Shown here: piece by piece, positions 43,417-54,698 of the stretch | How positions within the stretch are numbered: position 1 is the stretch's first letter | Layout: every line of letters begins with the position of its first letter | Source of the DNA: a virus | Lineage: Duplodnaviria > Heunggongvirae > Uroviricota > Caudoviricetes | DNA length: 64,000 nucleotides | Strand: one strand, 5' to 3' | Virus record (IMG/VR): IMGVR_UViG_3300026549_000033 | Span: 1 to 64,000 of that record | The notes under the pieces: generated by a model | Seen by the model: only the letters and a program-made list of their open reading frames with translations | Told to the model about the DNA's origin: nothing | Database searches by the model: none | Translations under genes and position numbers: made by a program

Positions 43417-44898
43417 ATGGAACAAAATTTTAATGAAAAACTGACACCTTCCCGCTGTATGTGGTGTGTCCTAAATAATTTACAAAAGTTTGATGACAAA
43501 CCTGAGTTTGTCTTGAACCTTGTGGAGAAATGGAAAGAATTAAGAGACCATGACACTCTTTCTTCTTACTTGGATTTGTTTATTTCAGTTGAAAACTTCT
43601 ATAATGAAAATCAGAAGTTTCCTGATAGTGCGTGGCTGAAACTTGTTTTTAAAGATAGCAGGCCTATTCAAATTACAAATGACGAATACTCAGCCTTAAT
43701 TTACGAAACATTAGATAAATATTTAGATCAAGAGATTTTGAAGGAAAAGCTTTCAAAGCAAATTGTTAAGAAAGATATTCCTTCTGTCATAGACGTAAGA
43801 GCTTTAGCAAAAGAAATGCTAAGGTACTCTGATAGTAATGTAGAAATACCAAAGGAAACAAGAAAGTCCTTAACAGAAGCTTATGACTTATATGAACAGA
43901 ACTTTCAAGGGATTCAAACCTATATTCCTGCTTTAGACGAAGCAATTGGAGTTATGGGTTATCAGTCACTATCAGTGCTTGCTGCTCCTTCAGGACACGG
44001 AAAGTCAACTACAGCTCTTTCCATTGCTTATTATAATGCGATAGCTGGGAAAGTTGTAGATTACTTATCTTTTGAGGTTCCTAAGAACCACATGTACTTT
44101 AATATTGCGTCAATAGAAAGTGAAGGGCACAAAGGAGAAGAAATAGCGGCTTCTGACATGAAGGAAAGAGCTCTTGACGAAAGAGGAAAAGAACTTTATA
44201 AAAAGTACATTAATGAATTTATGGATAAATGCGCTGCTTCAGGAGGTTATTTAAACATAATAGACCAAACTACAGCCTCCATTAATTCCTTCGAAGCTTT
44301 ATGTAATACCTTAGAAAGTATTGCAGAAAAAAGAGGAAGAGCAGCAGATCTCATTGTTGTAGATAACATAGATAACTTCCAAACATTGAGAAGTACCGAA
44401 AGAGATGAAGCTACCAAAATTAACAATTATATTGTTTCTTTAGACGCTTTTGTTAAAACTTACTGTAACGGAAACGGTACAACTATGTTGTTATTATCAC
44501 AAGTTAACAGGCCGGCTATGAAAAAATTAAATACGCCCGATAAAGGAAATCAGAAAGAAAATTCCGTAAAGATAGACGTAACTTGCGTGCAAAAATATAA
44601 TGCTTTATATGAAAAAGCAACTTGTGTCCTTGTAGCATTTTCAGACGCCGCTACAAGAGCAAGAAATATGATGAGAATATATCCTGTTAAGTTAAGAAAC
44701 AGACCAATTCCGTCAAGACCTGTGGAAGTGCAGGTAAACTTTAAATACAGCAAAGTTCTTGGGGATTTTCCTGATAAAAAGTACACTCAAGAAGAAGCTG
44801 TAGAAATCATAGACAATTCATTATATCCAACATTAAACGGGTCTAATGTGGACGACGAATTAGAAGGAGAGTTACTAGACTTTGAAGATGACTTATAA
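43417..44898 (+). CDS. DnaB-family replicative DNA helicase.
   Basis: LAAPSGHGKSTTALSIAYY (Walker A), IVVDNIDNF (Walker B-like), SQVNRPAMKK. Confidence 0.65.
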   Translation: MEQNFNEKLTPSRCMWCVLNNLQKFDDKPEFVLNLVEKWKELRDHDTLSSYLDLFISVENFYNENQKFPDSAWLKLVFKDSRPIQITNDEYSALIYETLDKYLDQEILKEKLSKQIVKKDIPSVIDVRALAKEMLRYSDSNVEIPKETRKSLTEAYDLYEQNFQGIQTYIPALDEAIGVMGYQSLSVLAAPSGHGKSTTALSIAYYNAIAGKVVDYLSFEVPKNHMYFNIASIESEGHKGEEIAASDMKERALDERGKELYKKYINEFMDKCAASGGYLNIIDQTTASINSFEALCNTLESIAEKRGRAADLIVVDNIDNFQTLRSTERDEATKINNYIVSLDAFVKTYCNGNGTTMLLLSQVNRPAMKKLNTPDKGNQKENSVKIDVTCVQKYNALYEKATCVLVAFSDAATRARNMMRIYPVKLRNRPIPSRPVEVQVNFKYSKVLGDFPDKKYTQEEAVEIIDNSLYPTLNGSNVDDELEGELLDFEDDL

Positions 44899-45103
44899 CT
44901 TTTAAGAAATATAACAACATGTAACACAATATGAAGATACAGGGTTGTTAAATTATAAATTTGTAATTACGTAAACAACTAAATTTTATAAAGAATAAGG
45001 AGTTAAAATAGCCCTCTTATTGGAGGCTCCCAAAGCCTCTTTAAGGTAGTTTACGCAAAAATTTGAGTAAGACACAGTAAAACAAGAGAAAGAAGAGACA
45101 ATT

Positions 45104-47095
45104 ATGGAAGAAGTTTCACAAAAAAGAAAAGGATTTGAAGTTACCTTAGGGTATACAAATGAGTTCGTAGACTTTTGGAATTCATTAAAAGAAAAATATC
45201 CTGAAGAATTATTCAAGATTCAAGGTGTTCATAACGATAATTTTGATATTAGTAAGTTTAGTAAGAATTTTTTCAAGAAGTCTGCTTCAGTAGCTTCTGT
45301 TTCGGTAGATGCTAACGCTAATGTTAAAGAAAAGTCTATCGCACAGTACGTACAAGAATATCCGAAAGGACTTCAAAGGCTTAATTCTTTTTATCAGTTA
45401 TTTAAGTGGGTTAAGAAAGTATGGGGAGTTAAGGACGCTAAGATCGCTGTAGAAAAAGTCTTAAACGGCGAATTATTTATTAATGATTTCAGTAACTTTA
45501 GTACTTCCTATTGTTATGCTTTTGACCTAAGAATGCTTTTAATGGAAGGTATGAGCTTCTTTCATGGTGGTATGAAAATTCATGCTCCAAAAAGAAGTGA
45601 TAGCTTTGTTGCGCTCCTTATTCAGTCAACAGCTTTCATTTCAAATCAAATTATGGGAGCTTGCTCTTACCCTGACTGCTTCGTGGCTTGGGATTGGTTC
45701 TTGAGAAATGAGCATGGTCAAGACTACATGAAAAGAGTTAGAGCAGGAGAAGACGAAGCTGCTAAGAAAAAGATTTTAGATCAATTCCAAAATCTTATAT
45801 ATTCATTTAACTTCCCATTCAGAAGTTGCCAATCTGCTTTCACTAACCTTTCTGTAATGGATAAAGGTTATATGAAATCTTTATTTGGTGATTATTGGCT
45901 TCCTGACGGAACCTTAGCAGACTTAGATTCTTCCCAAGAACTTTCTAAGTTATTCTTTGAGTACTTTAATGAAATCAATGGTAAAGAAGGTATGTTTACA
46001 TTCCCTGTAATGACCCTTTCTCTGTCGTTAGACCCTGAAGGTAATTACATTGACCCTGACTTCAAGAAGTGGATAAGTAAATATAACTGTCAGAAATCTT
46101 TCTCTAATGTGTTTATTGGAGAACCTGACATATATAGTTCTTGCTGCCGTCTTTCTAATAATATCAAAAAAGCAGGTGGCTTAGGTTTCCAAAATTCATT
46201 TGGTGTCGGCGGTTTGAGCTTGGGTTCTCACCGTGTAGCAGGTCTTAATTTAGCAAGAATTTCTTTATTAGAAAAAGATAATGAAAATATACTTGAAGAA
46301 GATATAGAGATGTTACATAAAATTCTTTATGCACACAGAAAACTCTTAAAAGAAAAAATTTCTAAAGGAGTTATGCCTTTATATACTTCTGAATGGATAT
46401 CTATTAACAGACAATATTCTACAATTGGTATCACAGCTTGCAATCAGTATGTAGCTAATAAAGGTTTAGATATTAAAACTGAAGAAGGTATAAATTGTAT
46501 ACATAAAGTTTTGAAAACTATAGAAACAAAAATTGAAGAATGGCAAGCTGCAGAAACTGAAGAATTCTGTATTTATAACTTAGAAGCTATCCCTGCAGAA
46601 TCAGTTGCGGTTCGTTTAGCACAGTCTGATAGAATATTAGGCTATAATGATAAGTATGAAATCTACTCAAATCAGTATATCGACCTTATGGAAGATTGCC
46701 CTGTTTATGAAAGATTTAAAGTACAAGGTCAATTAGACCAACTAACTTCAGGGGGTAACATTCTTCATTGTAACGTAGATGGAGAAAAACCATTAACTCC
46801 TGAACAATATGAAAAAATTATTGACTTAGCTAAAGACTGTAAAGTTAAATACTTTGGTATTAACTATGCTTATAGTGAATGCGCTAAACAGCATTATACA
46901 ATAGGTAAGAATAAGAAATGTCCTATTTGCGGAGAACCTATTGTGGAAACATGGTGCCGTGTCGTAGGCTTTATAACTCCAAAGTCAGCTTTCAATCCTG
47001 TTCGTAGAGACTATGAATTTGACAGACGTGTATTCTATGAATCAGAAGAAGTAGAAAAAGCAACAGAGAAAGAGAAAGTATATGCAAATTGTTAA
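45104..47095 (+). CDS. nrdD: Anaerobic ribonucleoside-triphosphate reductase NrdD.
   Basis: C-terminal CPICGEP ... WCRVVGFITP with a zinc ribbon and the glycyl-radical region. Size 663 aa. Confidence 0.8.
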   Translation: MEEVSQKRKGFEVTLGYTNEFVDFWNSLKEKYPEELFKIQGVHNDNFDISKFSKNFFKKSASVASVSVDANANVKEKSIAQYVQEYPKGLQRLNSFYQLFKWVKKVWGVKDAKIAVEKVLNGELFINDFSNFSTSYCYAFDLRMLLMEGMSFFHGGMKIHAPKRSDSFVALLIQSTAFISNQIMGACSYPDCFVAWDWFLRNEHGQDYMKRVRAGEDEAAKKKILDQFQNLIYSFNFPFRSCQSAFTNLSVMDKGYMKSLFGDYWLPDGTLADLDSSQELSKLFFEYFNEINGKEGMFTFPVMTLSLSLDPEGNYIDPDFKKWISKYNCQKSFSNVFIGEPDIYSSCCRLSNNIKKAGGLGFQNSFGVGGLSLGSHRVAGLNLARISLLEKDNENILEEDIEMLHKILYAHRKLLKEKISKGVMPLYTSEWISINRQYSTIGITACNQYVANKGLDIKTEEGINCIHKVLKTIETKIEEWQAAETEEFCIYNLEAIPAESVAVRLAQSDRILGYNDKYEIYSNQYIDLMEDCPVYERFKVQGQLDQLTSGGNILHCNVDGEKPLTPEQYEKIIDLAKDCKVKYFGINYAYSECAKQHYTIGKNKKCPICGEPIVETWCRVVGFITPKSAFNPVRRDYEFDRRVFYESEEVEKATEKEKVYANC

Positions 47096-47693
47096 CTTTA
47101 TTAAAGATAGCACGGTAGAGTGTAGCCCCTTCAAATGGGGCTTAACTCTCTTCTCTATGGGTTGTAACCTTCATTGTAAAATGTGTGAAGGATATAACTA
47201 CGAGAAAGTAACAAATCCAAATAACGTTGTAGGCGAAGCAATCGAAATAATTAAAAACAATGTTACTCCTTTACACGACAGTGTGGTTTTCATTGGAGGG
47301 GAACCAACGATATGGGGAGACGACTTAGAGAGTGCTCTTAAATTTTGTCATGATAATGGACTCAAAACAAAGATATTTTCTAATGGGTTTGACTATGAGA
47401 CTGTAGAGAAGATAAATAATAAAGGTTTATGTGACGCGTGGAGCATTGACTTCAAAGGATTACATAATATTCAACAGGAATTCGGAGTTCCTGCTCAAAG
47501 TTATCTCCCGCATGTAGAGTATTCTATACTAGATATTGCAGATAGAGGTCTTCCTTTAGAAATAAGAACTACTTTTTATAGTGGGAATGAAGAATGGAGA
47601 GAAGATATTATAAAATATGTAAAAGATACATTCTTAAGAAAGTACCCGCATATAAAATATATTGAGCAAGAGGATGTACGAAGTATAATTTAG
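47082..47693 (+). CDS. nrdG: Anaerobic RNR activating enzyme NrdG (radical SAM).
   Basis: GCNLHCKMCEG (CxxxCxxC). Overlaps the nrdD stop. Confidence 0.75.
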   Translation: MQIVNFIKDSTVECSPFKWGLTLFSMGCNLHCKMCEGYNYEKVTNPNNVVGEAIEIIKNNVTPLHDSVVFIGGEPTIWGDDLESALKFCHDNGLKTKIFSNGFDYETVEKINNKGLCDAWSIDFKGLHNIQQEFGVPAQSYLPHVEYSILDIADRGLPLEIRTTFYSGNEEWREDIIKYVKDTFLRKYPHIKYIEQEDVRSII

Positions 47694-47711
47694 GACAAAA
47701 GAGGGACAAAG

Positions 47712-48314
47712 ATGGAAAAAACAGTACTAATTATAGGTGACTCCCCTTTTTTGGGGGAAATTGAGGGGTCTTTACATTACACAATAGAAAGATATCCTTC
47801 TATTGGAATTAATAATGCAGTAAGAAAGTACGCAGTAAGTACACATATCTTTCAAGACGAAAAGTTTGTAGATTTAACAAATCAGTATAAAGACATAAAA
47901 ACAGTGGCTCCGTCATGGTATGGAGACATGATCCAAAAGAAAAATAAAGAGTTAATAGGGTCCTATCCTTTTAAATTTAAAGAAAATACGGCAGATGATA
48001 TTGTTAAGGACGGGGTACTCGCTTGGTGTGGTTTTACTCATGACTACGCAATATCCTATTGTATCATGAAAGGGTATGAAAACGTATTTTTAATAGGAGC
48101 AGCGGATTTTACGGGGAATACCCATTATTTAACTGAAGAGGAGTTTAAGTACTCAGAAAAACTTAAAGAGCAGTCTAAGAAATTTATTGAAGAAATATGT
48201 ACACAGAGAATTAATATATTCACGTGCAATCCAAAAAGTTATTTAGAAGTGCCAAGAGTAAGTATAGATACATTACTTATTCATAGTAATTGGAAATGTA
48301 CTTCAAAAACTTAG
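47712..48314 (+). CDS. Hypothetical protein, 200 aa.
   Basis: ORF. Confidence 0.5.
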   Translation: MEKTVLIIGDSPFLGEIEGSLHYTIERYPSIGINNAVRKYAVSTHIFQDEKFVDLTNQYKDIKTVAPSWYGDMIQKKNKELIGSYPFKFKENTADDIVKDGVLAWCGFTHDYAISYCIMKGYENVFLIGAADFTGNTHYLTEEEFKYSEKLKEQSKKFIEEICTQRINIFTCNPKSYLEVPRVSIDTLLIHSNWKCTSKT

Positions 48315-48384
48315 TAAATTTCTCAAGTTTTTAAAATGTACTTTACAAAATTGTTATTTTTCACATTTTTGTAAAGTAGAAAAT

Positions 48385-48413
48385 TTGACATCTTTATATA
48401 AAGATGCTATGAT
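48385..48413 (+). promoter_or_regulatory. Promoter TTGACA-N17-TATGAT.
   Basis: ttgaca at 48385-48390, a 17-nt spacer, tatgat at 48408-48413. The tracked ORF start at 48385 lies inside this promoter. Confidence 0.55.
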
Positions 48414-48435
48414 AAAGGTAAAGGAGAGAAAGAGC

Positions 48436-48981
48436 ATGAAAATGGACCAAGTAGCAGGTAGTAAGGACGATGAGTTTTATACGCCTCTGTATGCAGTAAA
48501 GCCAATTTTTAAATACTTAAACAAAGGAACTACAATATGGTGCCCTTTTGATACTGCTGATTCTTACTTCGTACGCTACGGAAAGAAGCTTGGTTTTAAG
48601 GTAATACACTCTCATATTGACGAAGGTAAAGACTTCTTTGAAATAAAACCTAAGAAGGATAAGATAGATTATATTGTTAGTAATCCACCGTATAGCTGTC
48701 GTCAAGCGGTATTAAAAAGGTTATTTGAATTGGATATACCTTTTGCCATGCTCTTGGGTGTTGTAGGTATTTTTGAATCTCAGGAAAGATTTGAAATGTT
48801 TAGAGACAATGACTTCGAGGTTCTTTACATGAACAAAAGAATTTCATTTTTCAAAGACTTCAATGACCCAAAACCCGCATTAAACCCACCTTTTAGCACA
48901 GCTTATTTTTGTCATCATATATTACCAAATCAGATTTGTTTTGAAGAAATAGATAAAAAAGATTATAAAATGGAGGAATAA
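48436..48981 (+). CDS. Second orphan NPPY-type DNA adenine methyltransferase, paralog of 19911..20591.
   Basis: ATG at 48436 with an aaggagag RBS. DEFYTP, IVSNPPYS. Confidence 0.65.
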   Translation: MKMDQVAGSKDDEFYTPLYAVKPIFKYLNKGTTIWCPFDTADSYFVRYGKKLGFKVIHSHIDEGKDFFEIKPKKDKIDYIVSNPPYSCRQAVLKRLFELDIPFAMLLGVVGIFESQERFEMFRDNDFEVLYMNKRISFFKDFNDPKPALNPPFSTAYFCHHILPNQICFEEIDKKDYKMEE

Positions 48982-48982
48982 C

Positions 48983-49249
48983 ATGAAAATAGAACCGTTT
49001 GGAGAAAGAGTAGCAGTAAAAGTGCTCCCTATAGAAGAAAAGACCCAGAGTGGTTTAATAATGACTTCATCTAAAAATAATTCCAATCGTGGAGAGATAG
49101 TGGCTGTAGGGACAGACGTAAAAGATTATTTAAAAGTCGGTAATGTAATTTTGTTTACTCAAAATGCAGGAGTTAATTACACCGACGGGACAGAAGACTA
49201 TAAGATACTAAGTACTAAAGACGTATTATGCAAGGTTATAGAAGGGTAG
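48983..49249 (+). CDS. groS: Co-chaperonin GroES.
   Basis: MKIEPFGERVAVK ... SGLIM ... GEIVAVG, 88 aa. Confidence 0.85.
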   Translation: MKIEPFGERVAVKVLPIEEKTQSGLIMTSSKNNSNRGEIVAVGTDVKDYLKVGNVILFTQNAGVNYTDGTEDYKILSTKDVLCKVIEG

Positions 49250-49250
49250 A

Positions 49251-49445
49251 ATGCAAATAGACAAAAACTTAATTATACCATATAGCTTAGCAATAGGAGT
49301 ATTTAACCTATTATTTACATTAATTTTAACCGCAGTTGCAATGGCAATCTTTTCGTGGGGGTTTTCATGGGAATTGCTATGGAATAACTATATAATGGGC
49401 TACATTACTCTTTGGCTACTTAACTTGAAAGTAATAAGAAAATAA
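49251..49445 (+). CDS. Small membrane protein, 64 aa.
   Basis: Two hydrophobic helices. Confidence 0.4.
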   Translation: MQIDKNLIIPYSLAIGVFNLLFTLILTAVAMAIFSWGFSWELLWNNYIMGYITLWLLNLKVIRK

Positions 49446-51071
<1,626 letters not shown>

Positions 51072-51082
51072 TCACCTCCTCA

Positions 51083-51102
51083 GAGAGGGCGAAAGCCCTC
51101 TC
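51083..51102 (+). terminator. Stem-loop after groL (gagagggc-gaaa-gccctctc). Weak terminator.
   Basis: 8-bp GC-rich stem with a GNRA-like loop. No strong T-run. Confidence 0.4.
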
Positions 51103-51132
51103 TCCCCTCCAATAAATATAGAGAGTTTTAAT

Positions 51133-51594
51133 ATGGCATCAATAACATACAATCCATTAGTAATAAAAGAAGTAATAAATCGTAACTTTACCTTTGCGGA
51201 CCTTTCAAAAAGATTTGAAGGTGTGGATAGTAGTACGGGTAACATATTTTGTCCGTTTCATGAGAACCATGATACTCCTGCCGCGAAGATGTATTGGGAC
51301 GATACAAGAGAAATATGGATATTACATTGTTTTGGGGAGTGCCACAGGAATTTTACGGCTTATGATTATGTAGAAAGAATTTTTTGTGAAAAGTACCAAA
51401 AGTATAATAATCCGTTGCAATTCTTAAGGGCGAATATGCCTGAGGGAAAATTAGGAACACAACTTGACTTTTATCAAAAGAATGTGGCAGAACTCATAGA
51501 ATCCTATGAGAACGAAAAGAAGACTTATATAGATAATTTATATACAGAAACAGGAAATACAGTAGATTTTATAGAAGCCCTTTATACGGCTTAG
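51133..51594 (+). CDS. CHC2 zinc-finger protein (primase zinc-binding domain-like), 153 aa, stand-alone.
   Basis: CPFHENHDTPAAKMY ... HCFGEC. Confidence 0.55.
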   Translation: MASITYNPLVIKEVINRNFTFADLSKRFEGVDSSTGNIFCPFHENHDTPAAKMYWDDTREIWILHCFGECHRNFTAYDYVERIFCEKYQKYNNPLQFLRANMPEGKLGTQLDFYQKNVAELIESYENEKKTYIDNLYTETGNTVDFIEALYTA

Positions 51595-51608
51595 GAAGAG
51601 AGAAGAAA

Positions 51609-51746
51609 ATGGAACCATTAACTACAGAACAGAAAATTAATTCGCTTGGGAGACCTAGCACTGAAGAACATAGAGCGAAGAAAAGAAGAGCTCGCAGGAG
51701 AGCGGTTGTACAAAAGGCTTCACGTAAGGCAAATAGGAGAAAATAA
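51609..51746 (+). CDS. Small highly basic protein, 45 aa (not in the ORF track).
   Basis: ATG at 51609 with ggaagagagaag upstream. The stop overlaps the polA ATG (taATG). RAKKRRARRRAVVQKASRKANRRK. Confidence 0.45.
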   Translation: MEPLTTEQKINSLGRPSTEEHRAKKRRARRRAVVQKASRKANRRK

Positions 51747-54328
51747 TGGGAAAATTAGGTGACGGCTTACTTTTTAAGTATGAATCAATAATTCCCCAAG
51801 CTCCAATTGATATGAAATTCCATTATTGGGAAGAAAATGAGCAGGGAGAAAAAGTACTTAAAATACATACAGAAAATTTTAAACTTATCACAGATATAGA
51901 AGAATTGAAAACTTACATTGAAAAATGTAAGGATAAAAGAATTGCATTCGACACAGAAACCACAGGTTTAACTTACGGAGAAGACAAAATTGTCGGTTTT
52001 TCTATATCTTTAGATAGATGGTCAGGGTTTTATGTTCCTATAAGACATAAAATTCGTCATGAAATATCCGAAATGGTAGACAAACTTGACGAAAACGGAA
52101 ATCAAGTGCTTACAAAAGCAGGGAGAGTTTCTCGTACGAAAAAAGTTACCGTTACCTATTCAGAATATGAGCATAACATTAACCCGAAAGAAGCCCTTGA
52201 CGTATTATATGGAATTCTTACAGGGGCCAAAAGAGTACTTATGCACAACTCTGAATTCGACTTGAACATGCTTAAATTTGAAGGTTATGACATAAGAAAA
52301 ATAAGAGCTTTTGATAATTTAATCCTTCCGTATTTGTATGACCCTGAGGCAACAGGTATGGCCGGCTTGAAAAAATTAGAAAAGCAGGTTTTGGGAAGGG
52401 AAGTTCCTGAATTTAAAGAAGTTTTAGGAAAGAGATGCGAAAACTTTGCTGAAGTTAATCCTGAGGACGGGTATGTATATGCATGTTGTGATACTTCTGG
52501 ACTAATCGGGGTTTATGAAGAAATGTTTCCGTTAGTAAAGAACCTTCTTAAACAATTTAAAAATCCTCTTTCATTTGAAGGAGAGGAATATAATGTATTA
52601 GCAAAAGATAATCAAATGGTTAAAATGTTTGTAGATTACTATGGACATTGTAAAATTTTGATTGATCGGGCTAAAGCTATTAAATATAAAGAAAGTTTAG
52701 AAGAAGAAAAGAAACAAGTTACTAAAGAGATTTATGACTACTTTGGTGTCGGAATATTTAACTTAGCTCGTTCTAAAGAATTTGCAGAAGTTATGGCTTC
52801 AAAGAAGGTATTCACTGGAATTCAGACTGGAAAAGGAGACCCGTCTTGGAGTAAGGCTGCTCTTGGAGATATGAAACGAAATATTACAAAGCTCAAAGAA
52901 TGTATGCAGCACTATAAAGAAATTCCTTTTGTAAATGGAAAGTTAAGTAAAACAGGTATGGGTTTTGTTTTAGCTCAGTTATTAGAAATTTATGGAAAAG
53001 AGCATTTTCAAATGACTTCAACTATAAAAGAGCTGAGTGTAAAAGGACCTAAGGGTGAACCTGCAGATAGAAAGTTCTTTTGGTTATCAGTAAAAGACAT
53101 TTACTTAAAAGAGACAGAAAAGGCTCATATTTTAGATTTAATCCAAAAGAACAACTCATTGAATAAGGCTTTAAATTCTTACGTAGATAAGCTTACTCAA
53201 GTAGACGAATGCGTTATGCACTATCGTTTAAAAGGAACTAAATCAGGAAGATTAAGTTCGGGTAATGGCTCTAAATCTGATAAGAGTAAGAATCATTATT
53301 ATATTGACTTGAATGCACAAAATTTGACAAAACCTAAAAGCGGTTACTACAGAGCAGAAAAGTGTGACGAAAACGATCCGGAGGGTGTACTTGGATGGAA
53401 GTTTACCCCGTTAAGTGACGACTATGCTTTAAGCCACTTAGAAGAAGAGTATATTGTGGAAGGGCAAGACCCAAATCCTACTATCAGAGGTTGCTTGAAA
53501 GCTCCTGAAGGTAGATATGTAGTTTCTCTTGACTATGACGCGCAGGAATATAAGCTTATGGCAATCTTATCAAGAGACCACCAAATGCTTCAGAACTTCT
53601 ACAATGGTATAGATCCTCACACAGCGTCTGCTTATGCAATATGGGGTGAAGAAAACTACAATAAACAGAAAAGAAAGAAAGCCAAAATCTTTAACTTTCT
53701 TAATAACTACTCAGGAGGTGCTCATACGTTGGCTCAGCAACTTGACATTCCTGTTAATGAAGCTCAAGACATGATTGATAAATACAATGAAACATTCTTC
53801 GAAATGTACAATTGGAAGCTTAAAGAAATTGACAAAATGTACTATAACGGAGGAGTTGTCTTTAACGCGTTCGGTAGACCTCGTAATTTTAAAGGTTGGA
53901 TAGACGTAATAGACATGAACCGCGAGAATTATGACGACCTTTTACAAAAACAAAGTGCAGAAAGAGCTGCAGATAAGGTTAAAGGAGCTGTAGAAAGACG
54001 TGTTAGTAGCCACATAATTCAAGGTACTGCGGGAGATATTCTTCGTTTGGTTCTTTATAGACTGTATAAGAGGTACTTTAAAAACAGAGATCCTCATATT
54101 GACTTCATGTCTACAGTACACGACGAAATTAACTATACTATAGATAAAGAAGTAACGGTGGAATATGTTCGTGAACTTGAACAGCTGATGACTTTTGATA
54201 CCTTAGATAAGACACTTCCTATTACAACGTCAACAGATATAGGATTTACCTATGGTAACATGTTCCCGTTTGTATGGGAAGACGACACAAAGCAAGTATT
54301 AATACCAAAGAGAGTACATCATGCTTAA
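51746..54328 (+). CDS. Family A DNA polymerase with an N-terminal 3'-5' exonuclease domain.
   Basis: FDTETTGL (Exo I), DYDAQEYKLMA (motif A-like), VHDEINY (motif C). Confidence 0.75.
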   Translation: MGKLGDGLLFKYESIIPQAPIDMKFHYWEENEQGEKVLKIHTENFKLITDIEELKTYIEKCKDKRIAFDTETTGLTYGEDKIVGFSISLDRWSGFYVPIRHKIRHEISEMVDKLDENGNQVLTKAGRVSRTKKVTVTYSEYEHNINPKEALDVLYGILTGAKRVLMHNSEFDLNMLKFEGYDIRKIRAFDNLILPYLYDPEATGMAGLKKLEKQVLGREVPEFKEVLGKRCENFAEVNPEDGYVYACCDTSGLIGVYEEMFPLVKNLLKQFKNPLSFEGEEYNVLAKDNQMVKMFVDYYGHCKILIDRAKAIKYKESLEEEKKQVTKEIYDYFGVGIFNLARSKEFAEVMASKKVFTGIQTGKGDPSWSKAALGDMKRNITKLKECMQHYKEIPFVNGKLSKTGMGFVLAQLLEIYGKEHFQMTSTIKELSVKGPKGEPADRKFFWLSVKDIYLKETEKAHILDLIQKNNSLNKALNSYVDKLTQVDECVMHYRLKGTKSGRLSSGNGSKSDKSKNHYYIDLNAQNLTKPKSGYYRAEKCDENDPEGVLGWKFTPLSDDYALSHLEEEYIVEGQDPNPTIRGCLKAPEGRYVVSLDYDAQEYKLMAILSRDHQMLQNFYNGIDPHTASAYAIWGEENYNKQKRKKAKIFNFLNNYSGGAHTLAQQLDIPVNEAQDMIDKYNETFFEMYNWKLKEIDKMYYNGGVVFNAFGRPRNFKGWIDVIDMNRENYDDLLQKQSAERAADKVKGAVERRVSSHIIQGTAGDILRLVLYRLYKRYFKNRDPHIDFMSTVHDEINYTIDKEVTVEYVRELEQLMTFDTLDKTLPITTSTDIGFTYGNMFPFVWEDDTKQVLIPKRVHHA

Positions 54329-54331
54329 AAT

Positions 54332-54360
54332 TTGACAAGATTTAGCATGCGTGATATTAT
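54332..54360 (+). promoter_or_regulatory. Promoter TTGACA-N17-TATTAT.
   Basis: ttgaca at 54332-54337, a 17-nt spacer containing tagcatgc, tattat at 54355-54360. Confidence 0.55.
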
Positions 54361-54380
54361 GAAATAAGAGAGGGAAATAA

Positions 54381-54698
54381 ATGAACTTAAAGAGAAGAGC
54401 TACTAGTGTAGTAAATTACATAAAATTCATATATTTTTTAAGTAAAGGAATATTCGGGAGTAACTCTCCAGAGGTTGTATTGAAAATGATTTGTAAATTT
54501 GTGACTCTGGAGGCTCCCTTTTACTCCAATAAAATTGTTATGGGGAGAAGTATGCAAAAGAGTATTGAACTCTTAAGTGTCTTAATACCTTCGTATATAG
54601 AGACAAAATCGGAAATAACATTAGACCAAATATTAGAAGTATTGAAGAGAGAATTTTTACAAAGAGAGAGCAAGAACTATGGCAGAAAACAATTTTAG
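54381..54698 (+). CDS. Hypothetical protein, 105 aa.
   Basis: ORF. Confidence 0.45.
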   Translation: MNLKRRATSVVNYIKFIYFLSKGIFGSNSPEVVLKMICKFVTLEAPFYSNKIVMGRSMQKSIELLSVLIPSYIETKSEITLDQILEVLKREFLQRESKNYGRKQF

